Source of the DNA: an uncultured virus (IMG/VR IMGVR_UViG_3300031951_000040)
Lineage: Duplodnaviria > Heunggongvirae > Uroviricota > Caudoviricetes
DNA length: 64,000 nucleotides
Virus record (IMG/VR): IMGVR_UViG_3300031951_000040
Direction: 5' to 3' (one strand)
In this document: piece after piece, positions 18,000-26,946 of the stretch
Position numbering within the stretch: position 1 is the first letter of the stretch
How the letters are laid out: every line of letters begins with the position of its first letter
Translations under genes and position numbers: made by a program
Notes under the pieces: model-generated
What the model was told of the DNA's origin: nothing
Databases searched by the model: none
The model's input: the letters and a program-made list of their open reading frames with translations, nothing else

Positions 18000-18302
18000 A
18001 TGAAAAAAGAAAAAGTAATCCACTCGGTATCATCTCACTTGAGAGATAAGTCATATGAGATGAGAATTATTCAAAATGAGAATAATGTCAAATTGAAAAT
18101 GACCTACGAAGCGTACAACGCACAAGAAAGGTTTACAGGTGAACAATTCATCAATGGTAAATGGGAACACACATTTGGAATGTTGGATTTGGGTGTTCTA
18201 CCTGATAAGTCAATCTACGTGTGTAGTGAAGGAAAAAGAGAAGATAAGGCCGAAAAGTTATTTGGTCTTGGTACAAAATTGTTTAACATCTTAAATCAAT
18301 AA
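18000..18302 (+). CDS. Hypothetical protein (near-leaderless start)
   Basis: ATG just after the -7 box. Confidence 0.65.
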   Translation: MKKEKVIHSVSSHLRDKSYEMRIIQNENNVKLKMTYEAYNAQERFTGEQFINGKWEHTFGMLDLGVLPDKSIYVCSEGKREDKAEKLFGLGTKLFNILNQ

Positions 18303-18306
18303 TACA

Positions 18307-18852
18307 ATGGGATTAGACATGTATCTCAAGAAGAAAACCTATGTGAAAAATTGGTCACATATGGAACCCGAACAACTTCACAAGGTGACAGTTAAGAAGG
18401 GTGGGAAAGTAGTTAAGGAAATTCAACCCGACAGAATTTCATCCATCGAGGAACAGGTGGCGTATTGGAGAAAGGACAACCACATCCACGCATGGTTTGT
18501 AAACAATGTACAGGACGGTGAGGACGATTGTGGTGAGTATTATGTAGACCGCGAAAAACTCAAAGAGTTGGTGGATACCTGTGGGAAAGTTAGAGCAACC
18601 CTGAAAAATTCTCCGACGAAGAAGGTTCAGGTGAAAGTTGGTTGGCAAGGTGGTAAGGAATTGTATGAGGACATCGATGTCTACACCGACACCGAACTTG
18701 CGGAAGAACTACTACCAACCCAAGCAGGTTTCTTTTTCGGGGGAACTGAATATGATGAGTGGTATCTAAAAGGTTTAGAAGATACCATCAAACAAATCAC
18801 TCCCTTATTAGAGGAAAAGGAAGGAGATTTCTACTACCAATCATCCTGGTAA
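18307..18852 (+). CDS. Conserved phage protein (MGLDMY N-terminus)
   Basis: AYWRK.NHIH.WF, LLPTQAGFFFG...YD..Y, YYQSSW motifs. Confidence 0.8.
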   Translation: MGLDMYLKKKTYVKNWSHMEPEQLHKVTVKKGGKVVKEIQPDRISSIEEQVAYWRKDNHIHAWFVNNVQDGEDDCGEYYVDREKLKELVDTCGKVRATLKNSPTKKVQVKVGWQGGKELYEDIDVYTDTELAEELLPTQAGFFFGGTEYDEWYLKGLEDTIKQITPLLEEKEGDFYYQSSW

Positions 18853-18935
18853 AAAAATAAAAAGAGGATATCGTTTGGTAAAATGGTATCCTCTTTATAC
18901 CTTTGTATTAATGAACAGCTTAAAATAGATAGATT

Positions 18936-19550
18936 ATGCCGAACTGGTGTCAAAACTCAATAACAATAACAGGTACTGAAGAGCAGATTGGTTTGCTCAC
19001 TCGTATCCTTAATGATGTTCCAAAGTCCGAACCTGAAAAGTGTATCGTGTTTGAGTCCTTAATCGGTCGTGAACCTGAAATTAGTAAAGAAGAATACGAA
19101 CAAGGTGGATGGTATAATGCAAACACCAGTTGGTATGGTACCAAATGGGATGTGTCATACGCCGACTGCAACTTCACTTTTGAGAAGGATGTTATCTATA
19201 TGTCACCTGATACGGCGTGGTCACCACCAATAAACTTTGGTGTTGTATTACACAAGATGTATGGTGTGGATGTGGAGTTGTTCTACTCGGAGGGTGGAAG
19301 TGATTTCTGTGGCAAAACAACCATTAATCAAAACGGAGTGGTTGAGGATGATTATGGTTATCTCGAAGGTAACTATCGTTTTGACGAAGAATACTTTTGG
19401 GAATCCCTTTTCCAAAATGAGATGGAATATGCAATCGATAACGAAACTAGTGTTGATGACTTCGTTGCACAATTCCCTTATGTGGATACGGAAGACGCAA
19501 AAGAAATCCGTAGAATATACGAAGAAGAACTAAAGGAAAAAGTAAAATAA
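18936..19550 (+). CDS. DUF1281/YubB-like ferredoxin-fold protein
   Basis: MPNWC.N, WY...WYGTKWD, DTAWSPP motifs. Confidence 0.75.
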   Translation: MPNWCQNSITITGTEEQIGLLTRILNDVPKSEPEKCIVFESLIGREPEISKEEYEQGGWYNANTSWYGTKWDVSYADCNFTFEKDVIYMSPDTAWSPPINFGVVLHKMYGVDVELFYSEGGSDFCGKTTINQNGVVEDDYGYLEGNYRFDEEYFWESLFQNEMEYAIDNETSVDDFVAQFPYVDTEDAKEIRRIYEEELKEKVK

Positions 19551-19556
19551 ATTCAT

Positions 19557-19817
19557 ATGGAAGATTTGAAAATATTATCGACAGCAGAACCTCAAGAAGA
19601 ATTAACCTACCAAGAATGGGTAGACGCATTGAGAACTCAAGAGAATGTCATTGTTTCATCCAAATACCACGCAAGAACCATCGAGCAACGGATTAAAGTT
19701 GATGAAGCAATTCAAATGAAAAGAGAAATGGAAAACTCTGAAGTAAAATTTTCCGACGGGACAGCCGAACCCCGAATTTTGTTTGGCATGTTAAAATCTG
19801 TATTAAACTTCTTTTAA
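19557..19817 (+). CDS. Hypothetical protein
   Basis: Operonic spacing. Confidence 0.65.
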   Translation: MEDLKILSTAEPQEELTYQEWVDALRTQENVIVSSKYHARTIEQRIKVDEAIQMKREMENSEVKFSDGTAEPRILFGMLKSVLNFF

Positions 19818-19822
19818 AGATT

Positions 19823-20302
19823 ATGGGACGAGTAAATAAAACAATCGAGGGTGTCTTCATTGACATCGTAGGGTCAAAGAGTGAACTGAGTTCATATGAC
19901 CAATTCATCAACCACGGTGATGGTAAGAAATATTCTAAGGAGCTTAAAGAGCTCACTGGTTTATATAAGAACTTAATCACTGAGAGTAAATTAACATTCG
20001 AAAAACTAGCATCACTCGAGGAGATTATAATCCAAATGAGAATTCGTGAGGACCTCAGTGATATCAAGTTGACTCAAGTTCGTGAGTACATCTACGCAAG
20101 GACTCCTTTCTACCGTAAGGATAAGAAGTCAAAAGATGTCCGTGTTATTGTCGACAAGATTGAGTTTCACCCTGAGGAGGATTTGGAGATTTTGTCTGGC
20201 GACAAGGAGTTCATGACCAAAGCCAAGATGAAGTTAGCTCAGGCTATGGACCTCGAGATTGAGGAAAACATCCGAGTATTCAAATCAACATTTAAAAAGT
20301 AG
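19823..20302 (+). CDS. Hypothetical protein
   Basis: Operonic spacing; 159 aa. Confidence 0.7.
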   Translation: MGRVNKTIEGVFIDIVGSKSELSSYDQFINHGDGKKYSKELKELTGLYKNLITESKLTFEKLASLEEIIIQMRIREDLSDIKLTQVREYIYARTPFYRKDKKSKDVRVIVDKIEFHPEEDLEILSGDKEFMTKAKMKLAQAMDLEIEENIRVFKSTFKK

Positions 20303-20306
20303 AGGT

Positions 20307-20606
20307 ATGAAAACAGAAACAATTTCAACAGGTATTGGACTCTCAATTTACAAAGGTGATTGGGATGGAGCACAGTGGACACTTACTGGTTTCCCTAAAA
20401 AAGAAGCAATTGGTCACGACTACGACTCTGCCTATGACTTCGAGGACTGTGTCAAGAGAAACATCAATTGTAGTGGAATCGATTTTGACAGTGAGTATTG
20501 TCAGTTCTACGCATACGCAAAGACCAAAGCTCGTTTGGTGAGTTTTGCAAACCAAATCAAGAAACACTTTGAGAAAGCAAAGCAACTGAAGGAGGAGATG
20601 TACTGA
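20307..20606 (+). CDS. Hypothetical protein
   Basis: ATG at 20307; FDSEYCQFYAY motif. Confidence 0.65.
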   Translation: MKTETISTGIGLSIYKGDWDGAQWTLTGFPKKEAIGHDYDSAYDFEDCVKRNINCSGIDFDSEYCQFYAYAKTKARLVSFANQIKKHFEKAKQLKEEMY

Positions 20607-20697
20607 ATTTAGATTGGCAAAAATATTCTAGAAAAATTTGGAATATTCTAGTAAATGTATTAATTTTGAATATAGAACATTAAAAATCAATAGGTGT

Positions 20698-21300
20698 ATG
20701 ACAAACAAAATCAAATTAGGAACTGAGGTCGTAGTATCCGACCCTTGTTACACAATCCCAACCTGGTGTCAGGGAATTGTTAGTGGTGTTAAACCCGGTA
20801 TGTATGACACCTATGTTAAGCGTCACGACTGTGGTGATTGGGGTATCCGAAGTTCAATGATACTTGTCATACACGAGGACCATAAAGACGACAAACTGGT
20901 TTGGAAAGATTATCCTGCAACCATCGGTGTCGACTCAGGTCAGTGTGGAATCTTCTCCAAAGAATCTTACCGTGACGACTCTATTACAGAACGAATCGGT
21001 TTGGGAGATGGTGACATTTCATTCTTTGGTGTAACACCTTGGAAAGAAATGACCGAGGCCCGTGAGGAAGAACAAGGTGAAAAATGGTACATCAGTATGT
21101 GTTCTCGTACCTTGGGTGATAGTCGATACGGTGTGTATGACGAGGGAGTAGTTTCTTCATCTGGTTTTGGTGATGGTTCTTACACATTATATGTTGCAAA
21201 GAAAAGAGGAAAGATTATTGCAATGTGTGTTGACTTCGCGGTGGAGGAAGACGAAGTAATTGATTTTGAATTTTTTCGTGATATCCATATTGAGAAGTAA
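20698..21300 (+). CDS. DUF4241-like protein
   Basis: VVSDPCY, GVDSGQCG, SSGFGDGSY motifs. Confidence 0.7.
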   Translation: MTNKIKLGTEVVVSDPCYTIPTWCQGIVSGVKPGMYDTYVKRHDCGDWGIRSSMILVIHEDHKDDKLVWKDYPATIGVDSGQCGIFSKESYRDDSITERIGLGDGDISFFGVTPWKEMTEAREEEQGEKWYISMCSRTLGDSRYGVYDEGVVSSSGFGDGSYTLYVAKKRGKIIAMCVDFAVEEDEVIDFEFFRDIHIEK

Positions 21301-21324
21301 TAAATTTTATTTAGATTTGGAGTT

Positions 21325-21615
21325 ATGAAAAAAATATTATTTATATCAGCACTTGGATTAGTTGGTTGTGGAACCAATCGAACATATATCCAACACGGGG
21401 ACAAGGCATTAGTAAGTGGACACAAAGTTTACTTTATCGATTGCAACATAACCCGAGAAGTAATTAAACCCCAATGGGATAAAGGTTCATATGGTGATAC
21501 CATGAAGGTATACTTAGTGGATACACTGACATTTATGAATATGTGTAGAAAAGCATCACCATGTGGATGTTCACCAGCAGGAACAACCGCAAATAAAACT
21601 GTAACAAAAACTTAG
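21325..21615 (+). CDS. Putative lipoprotein
   Basis: Signal peptide with an LVGC lipobox. Confidence 0.6.
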   Translation: MKKILFISALGLVGCGTNRTYIQHGDKALVSGHKVYFIDCNITREVIKPQWDKGSYGDTMKVYLVDTLTFMNMCRKASPCGCSPAGTTANKTVTKT

Positions 21616-21619
21616 TATT

Positions 21620-22081
21620 ATGTTCAATACACAGAAACCTCAAGAACCGATTCACATATTCACCCCATCTCAGTGGTTGAATATTGGTTGGCTGGCCATG
21701 GTACCAGCAACTTACTTCGTACACCCATATGCATGTGCATTGGCGGTAGTCATCTATATCTACAAATATTTCGAAGTAGATTGTTGGAGGTATGAATTCT
21801 ATGATGACTGTGTAATTGAACGAAAAGGGGTCTTCAGTGTGACTCGAGAATCTGTGAACTATTTCAGGATTAAATCTGTAATGGTCGACGAACCATTTTG
21901 GATGAGATTACTTGGACTGTCTGTTGTTCGAGTTATTACTTCAGAGCAATTTAAACAGCAACTAATATTTCAAGCCGTACCACACGGTGAAGGTATTCAA
22001 GCGTTTTTACAGCACAACGCAAGAGTGGAGAGACAAAATATGGGAATTAGGGATTTTGATGTATTCAATACTCACCTGTAG
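21620..22081 (+). CDS. Bacterial PH-domain (bPH_2/YdbS-like) membrane protein
   Basis: Two TM segments then RYE...ERKGVFS...RIKSV.V.EPF.MRLLGL. Confidence 0.7.
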   Translation: MFNTQKPQEPIHIFTPSQWLNIGWLAMVPATYFVHPYACALAVVIYIYKYFEVDCWRYEFYDDCVIERKGVFSVTRESVNYFRIKSVMVDEPFWMRLLGLSVVRVITSEQFKQQLIFQAVPHGEGIQAFLQHNARVERQNMGIRDFDVFNTHL

Positions 22082-22095
22082 CAATATTTAAAGTC

Positions 22096-22254
22096 ATGAT
22101 AGTAGTAGAACCACGGATTCAGGAACAGTTCATGAGGATAGCAATGGCTAGACTTAATAAGAAATATTGTTTTAAACCTCAAAGGTTAGCAATGGCGGCC
22201 AAGATGTTTTCACAATATTTGCAACGTTTGGAAGAAAGGGGGAAGAGTAAATGA
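22096..22254 (+). CDS. Small basic protein (52 aa, not in ORF track)
   Basis: MIVVEPRIQEQFMRIAMARLNKKYCFKPQRLAMAAKMF...; ATGA overlap with the next gene. Confidence 0.55.
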   Translation: MIVVEPRIQEQFMRIAMARLNKKYCFKPQRLAMAAKMFSQYLQRLEERGKSK

Positions 22255-22571
22255 AACTCTTCATCAGGGACAAGGTATACTTCACGGACCCTACCACAGG
22301 TGAAATAATAGAAGACACCATTACCGACGTTAATGACAACGTAGTGATGGGAAAGAAATTCAACTTGACTGATTTATATTGGAAGGGTGAGTTAAACGTA
22401 TATAGGTTAGAGTGTCACATATGTGGATTCAGTATACCAGCACCTCTATCGCAATTTCAGGTAGATGGAATAAAAGGTAAGCAGCAATTATTACCATCCA
22501 CATGTGGTGTATGTTTAGAAGAGTCACGGTACCCTGATAACCCTGAGGAGGGAATCATACTGTGGATTTAG
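22251..22571 (+). CDS. Hypothetical protein with two CxxC motifs
   Basis: CHIC and CGVC. Confidence 0.6.
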   Translation: MKLFIRDKVYFTDPTTGEIIEDTITDVNDNVVMGKKFNLTDLYWKGELNVYRLECHICGFSIPAPLSQFQVDGIKGKQQLLPSTCGVCLEESRYPDNPEEGIILWI

Positions 22572-22660
22572 TTTGGCATTAGTTCTTTGAAAGATTTTTT
22601 TATAGGATTTGGTTTTTAGGATTTTCTTGTGTATATTTTATATATCAAAATCAATATATT

Positions 22661-22930
22661 ATGGCAACAAAGAAGTCCACAACTAAAAAACCCGCCAGCA
22701 AACCAGCGGCGAAACCAGCTCCAGCCCCCAAAAAGGGTGGGAAGAAAGCAGTAGCAGCTCCGGCTATGAAAACAACCGTAAGTACTTACGTACCTGTTTC
22801 ACACCACATCTACTATGATGGTTTCTCTTACCGTGTACGTGCTAGCGTTAACGGAACCCGTTACTCTCAGAACTTCTCCTCCAAGAAGAAAGCTTTCGAG
22901 TTCCGTAAGAGTATCTTGAGTAATATGTAA
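22661..22930 (+). CDS. Small basic DNA-binding protein: K/A/P-rich tail plus AP2/integrase-arm-like beta domain
   Basis: MATKKSTTKKPASKPAAKPAPAPKKGGKK, then HIYYDGFSYRVRASVNGTRYSQNFSSKKKAFEFR. Confidence 0.6.
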   Translation: MATKKSTTKKPASKPAAKPAPAPKKGGKKAVAAPAMKTTVSTYVPVSHHIYYDGFSYRVRASVNGTRYSQNFSSKKKAFEFRKSILSNM

Positions 22931-23019
22931 TAGACGACTCAAGTCTCTTAACCAAATCCTGTGATTAACGTCACGGGATTTTTTTTTTAATGAGAATCCT
23001 GACGACGGGACCTGAGATG

Positions 23020-23200
23020 GTCAATTTAGTTTGGCGGAAAGGTTGTTTAGACAATTGATGTTGTAACAATAAATCCACCGATTTAGTTTGGCGGAATCAG
23101 AATCCTCAGAATCGTCCGACGGTACCGATTTTGTTTGGCACAAACTAACTAACACTTGTTAGTTCAGGGACCTGAGGAGGTCGATTTAGTTTGGCGGGGG
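23020..23200 (+). repeat. Cluster of four co-oriented ATTT(A/T)GTTTGGC motifs
   Basis: TTGGC at 23031, 23088, 23135 and 23191. Confidence 0.9.
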
Positions 23201-23204
23201 AATG

Positions 23205-23220
23205 GTATTTATATGTAAAG
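23205..23220 (+). promoter_or_regulatory. Putative late-type promoter (RTATTTAT class)
   Basis: GTATTTATATGTAAAG is identical to the reverse complement of 51445-51460, upstream of another gene. Confidence 0.6.
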
Positions 23221-23228
23221 TAAATGAG

Positions 23229-24020
23229 ATGATTAAACTAACAGAAACTTTAGAAGGTGATGATGTCCAAAAGTTTCACGACGCTTTACCACAAATAGGT
23301 GACTCACTTAAAGGACTGACCGATGGGACCATTACAATAAAATATGTTGTAGCTGAAGACCCAACCCAAGGAACAATAGATGGTGTCCCTTTTATAAGTG
23401 AATGTCTATTGAAACTATTTGTTGATGTTAACAGGGTTTATCCTGAGATGATTAATGACATCTACATTTTGGTTGGCAGAAAAATTCAAGAGATTGGGTT
23501 CGGTGAATTTCCGTTCAAGTTAAGTATAAGGTCACTTCACCTTATTAACGGACCTTTAATTATTGATTTATTAGAAGAATCGTTTGACAGAAATTATACC
23601 AATCACCTCAGGTATGATAATCCAACAATACAGTACATTTTGTCTGGCCAATATTCCCTTGTATTACCTCAAGATGTATTACCTAAGTTTTTTGACCAAA
23701 TGGATGAGTGGATAAAAATTTTAATAAAGAGAGCGACGGTGTATTACACCGTATATAAAAAAGGAAAGATAGATGACCATGAGTATGAACTCGTAGACAA
23801 CCCAGTTATTAGAGTTGTGGTACGCGGGAAAAAAGATATAAAAAATGAAAAAGATTTAATTCCGTTCATTGATTCAAAATTTAAAACCATAGATGGTATC
23901 GAAAAAGGTAGTCCCGATTTCCCCTATAACTTACAAGATAATATTATTGATAAGTTAGAAAAAAAGTTCAGGGAGAAACACAACGTAAGAATTTTTATTG
24001 ACGACACGAGACGTGTATGA
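23229..24020 (+). CDS. Hypothetical protein, possibly virion-associated
   Basis: ATG at 23229 (MIKLTETLE) after the RTATTTAT motif. Confidence 0.7.
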   Translation: MIKLTETLEGDDVQKFHDALPQIGDSLKGLTDGTITIKYVVAEDPTQGTIDGVPFISECLLKLFVDVNRVYPEMINDIYILVGRKIQEIGFGEFPFKLSIRSLHLINGPLIIDLLEESFDRNYTNHLRYDNPTIQYILSGQYSLVLPQDVLPKFFDQMDEWIKILIKRATVYYTVYKKGKIDDHEYELVDNPVIRVVVRGKKDIKNEKDLIPFIDSKFKTIDGIEKGSPDFPYNLQDNIIDKLEKKFREKHNVRIFIDDTRRV

Positions 24021-24271
24021 CATATATACGTATATACATTAACCCCCTTGTATGACACTTGGGGGTTTTTTATTTACATCTGTTTTTCTGAAAATATAAA
24101 AATATAACTCTTATTTCGAACAAGGGTCAATCCCCTACTATGTCCCACAATTTCCCACTTTAATCCACTTTTATGGATTGTAATACGACCAGCGGGATTT
24201 CTTGTCATACATTCGTATATATCTGAGAAAAATTCCTTACGACAAAAAATGTCTGGATTACAGGGTTAAAA

Positions 24272-24481
24272 TCAAGGGTTTTTTAACTCTTTCTGTATTA
24301 CATTAGGGGTATCGTGGGTCAAAATCCTATCACTACTGTACATCCAAACAGAGGGTAAACCACTATAATGACATACCTGTTTTTCTCTCTCTTCAACCAG
24401 TTTCTTCTTAACCGATTCGTCAAAATAAACCCCATCAGATTCCATATCCGAGAGTGGTCTGTACAGTATAAATTTTTTCAT
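24272..24481 (-). CDS. Hypothetical protein
   Basis: Last gene of the minus-strand block; CHYSGLPS motif. Confidence 0.6.
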   Translation of the reverse strand: MKKFILYRPLSDMESDGVYFDESVKKKLVEEREKQVCHYSGLPSVWMYSSDRILTHDTPNVIQKELKNP

Positions 24482-24603
24482 ATAGATGTAACAACTATGG
24501 TTTCAAATTGTTTAAACCGATGTGGGTCTACCGCAGTAAACCATACTTTCTACCTTCTGTTTTTTTAACCACCAAAGGTGGTTCATTAACTTTTTAATAT
24601 ACT

Positions 24604-24855
24604 TCATTTGTTATCCCTTATTATTCTTGTGATGATGTTTATGAAACCATTTAGGTTAGACATATTATTAATAACCAAATCCAATTCCCATACATGAACA
24701 TTCCAGTGTTCATCTTTAACCATGTCACTATCATCTGAAGTTAGATTAACATTATCTATATCCAAATTATAATAGTACCATGGTTCTGTTTGTCCTTCAA
24801 GATTCCCTTCAACCTTTTCAAAACCCAAATCAATTAAATTCTGTTCTGTAATCAT
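24604..24855 (-). CDS. Hypothetical protein
   Basis: ITEQNLIDLGFEK N-terminus; operonic. Confidence 0.65.
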   Translation of the reverse strand: MITEQNLIDLGFEKVEGNLEGQTEPWYYYNLDIDNVNLTSDDSDMVKDEHWNVHVWELDLVINNMSNLNGFINIITRIIRDNK

Positions 24856-25220
24856 AACGTAATATGTTTTTTTATTATATCCATTATTTCTCTTGTGAGA
24901 CTACCAGCGGTTTTTGTTCCATCAATATTCCAACGAATAATCAATTCTTCTATAGAACCATATAGAATGTTCTCTGTGTTCTTAATCCTCGCGTGTGGAA
25001 CATCTTCCCCGTTTACACATTCTTCACCTTCCTTTTCCACAAATACAGGAATGATATCAAAATCAACCATAGTATATTCCTTTAGTATATGACCATGATT
25101 CTTTACATCACCAGGGTGTAATGGGATTATTCCAATTTGGGTTGAATCGGTGGATGAGTTTATTTCATCATACCATCTTACCATCCAATTATTATTTTCT
25201 TTATACAGTATTCCTTTCAT
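24852..25220 (-). CDS. Hypothetical protein (MKG.L.K..W family)
   Basis: Overlapping operonic ORF. Confidence 0.65.
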   Translation of the reverse strand: MKGILYKENNNWMVRWYDEINSSTDSTQIGIIPLHPGDVKNHGHILKEYTMVDFDIIPVFVEKEGEECVNGEDVPHARIKNTENILYGSIEELIIRWNIDGTKTAGSLTREIMDIIKKHITL

Positions 25221-25471
25221 TTCTTTACATGTATATCTTTAAATGAATCTATACTAACAAATTCTTCATTAAGGTAATTTATTACATCCCTCATTGTTTG
25301 TGCTTCATTTTCTGAACCTCTTATACTTAGAGATAGTGCTCCTGATAGTATACTGGTAATTTGATTTAAAGTTATTTGAGGTTGGTCTGTAGGAGTTGAG
25401 AGATTATATATACATCTTCCATCTTTTATGGTTGTATCTATTATTACTCTATATGTAATTTCGTTATTCAT
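25217..25471 (-). CDS. Hypothetical protein
   Basis: Operonic ORF. Confidence 0.6.
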   Translation of the reverse strand: MNNEITYRVIIDTTIKDGRCIYNLSTPTDQPQITLNQITSILSGALSLSIRGSENEAQTMRDVINYLNEEFVSIDSFKDIHVKK

Positions 25472-25501
25472 ATTATTAGTTGGAACCCCAGTTATTGTTT
25501 T

Positions 25502-25855
25502 TTAGTTATTTTCATTAATTTCCCCCAGCGATTCGTTAATCACTAAAAGTGTACCCAAAAACAAACGAATATAATCGTACATGTTTTCTATGTTACCTTC
25601 CACGTATTCATATGTATCCAATATCCTTTTAGCAAAATTAACATAGTCTTCCCTGTTTCCGTTTCTTTTAAAAGTCTCACCTTCCTCAATTACACGGGTT
25701 CCGTTATTATGACATATTTCCACGTGGGTATCAAATCGAAAATCAGGGGACTCTTCAAAGAATCTTAATATAATAGTCATATCACCACGGCGAAGAATTT
25801 CACGGTGATTTTTATAGGTTATTCCCCTTAACAATGTAAAGTTAATTGTATCCAT
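25502..25855 (-). CDS. Hypothetical protein
   Basis: Operonic ORF. Confidence 0.6.
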   Translation of the reverse strand: MDTINFTLLRGITYKNHREILRRGDMTIILRFFEESPDFRFDTHVEICHNNGTRVIEEGETFKRNGNREDYVNFAKRILDTYEYVEGNIENMYDYIRLFLGTLLVINESLGEINENN

Positions 25856-26337
25856 TAATGATGATGCAATAATTCTTGGTAAACCTTTCCGTTTAATATA
25901 TCTTTCTTCAACGCTTTATTCTCAGAATCACATATGATGAATCCCATATCCGTTCTGAATATTCTTAAGTACTTTAGATACCAACCATCGCGATAGGTTT
26001 CCAATGAGAAATACCTCCATTCACCCTCACCACCAGATTCTTCGTAGTATCTTTCCAGTAATGTGGTTAGTTCATCCTTGGTCCAAAAGAAATGTGGGTA
26101 TTTGTTTATGGTAGAAATATCAGGATGTCCTTCATCATTCCAATGATATCCCACATGGAAATCCCTTGTATCCACATTAAACTTATTGTTCTTTGGACAA
26201 TCCCAATCAATGTCTTTGAAGAATACCCATTTATCTTGTGGTTCCATATTATTTATTTTTTCCATTAAAATGAACCTCGGGCACCGGAACCGGGAATTTT
26301 TTCCACTATAACGACGTTTTTTGAAAATATTTTCCAC
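25855..26337 (-). CDS. Hypothetical protein (true start may be internal)
   Basis: Operonic ORF; WYLKYLRIFRT motif. Confidence 0.6.
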   Translation of the reverse strand: MENIFKKRRYSGKNSRFRCPRFILMEKINNMEPQDKWVFFKDIDWDCPKNNKFNVDTRDFHVGYHWNDEGHPDISTINKYPHFFWTKDELTTLLERYYEESGGEGEWRYFSLETYRDGWYLKYLRIFRTDMGFIICDSENKALKKDILNGKVYQELLHHH

Positions 26338-26528
26338 TATCGGTGGTCTTCTATTTGTTTGATGATTGAAAAGTTTATGGGGAAATAGTTCTCATCACCA
26401 TCCTCGGTCTGTAAAAAATAATGGTTTCTACCTACCTCGAATTTAACCACATCGTATATTGTGTACTCAGCCCAATACTGTGTGGTTGCCGATTGTAATA
26501 AAACTTTTATGTTATAGTGTTTAAGCAT
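26337..26528 (-). CDS. Hypothetical protein
   Basis: Operonic ORF. Confidence 0.55.
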   Translation of the reverse strand: MLKHYNIKVLLQSATTQYWAEYTIYDVVKFEVGRNHYFLQTEDGDENYFPINFSIIKQIEDHR

Positions 26529-26529
26529 A

Positions 26530-26745
26530 TTATGATTCGTTTGTATTTTTTTCCCTTACTTCTATGTACCTGTGTAAAATGATAAGACCGAGTAAACTGA
26601 TAACGAAAGAAATGGTTGGAATATTTGAAATGATAAGTAAACCAAGACATATCCCATAAAGAAAATCATTCCATCTTCTACGCAATAGGGATACTAAGAT
26701 ATAGAATCCGTACATTATTGATATTAAGATGGTGATGATAGCCAT
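26530..26745 (-). CDS. Small membrane protein
   Basis: Hydrophobic segments; minus-strand promoter at ~26760-26793. Confidence 0.6.
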   Translation of the reverse strand: MAIITILISIMYGFYILVSLLRRRWNDFLYGICLGLLIISNIPTISFVISLLGLIILHRYIEVREKNTNES

Positions 26746-26946
26746 GTCCTTTTGTTTTTAACAAAAATAACCAATTAATTTGAATATTCCAAAAAATCTT
26801 AATTATTTTCTCGTAAGGTATTGTTTAATTGTTCTAAAGAGTTGTTCAATTGAATCAAACTGTAATTGTAATTCTCCATGACTCTGGCTAAACTTTCTAT
26901 GGTCATTCTTAAACTTACCAACGGGTCGGCATATCCCCTTAATAAT

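Larger units (their letters stand above)
16791..18000 (+). repeat. Three near-identical ~60-bp motif-plus-promoter cassettes
   Basis: ttggc(a/g)acaaagttgaaaa(t/a)aaatttggtataaaagaaaaattgttatatctttgta at 16796, 17553 and 17941. Confidence 0.9.
136..23648 (+). repeat. Dispersed, strand-polarised motif family TT(A/T)G(T/A/G)TTGGC; about 50 + copies and about 13 - copies by eye
   Basis: e.g. 521, 1221, 1606, 2156, 5391, 7786, 9247 (in ORF), 9895 (in ORF), 11023, 16791, 19778 (in ORF), 23026, 23083, 23130, 23186, 23468; not seen after ~24 kb. Confidence 0.9.

Noticed and set aside
642..20697. ORF-track starts at TTG/GTG such as 642, 2725, 3265, 5075, 6538, 14113, 15886, 17982 and 20638
   Set aside because: They fall inside the -33/-7 promoter boxes; the downstream ATGs after A-rich leaders are more plausible.
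23020..23200. Degenerate CRISPR at the four-copy motif cluster
   Set aside because: Shared part is only ~12 bp, spacing is irregular (57, 47, 56), and the same motif is dispersed across 24 kb.
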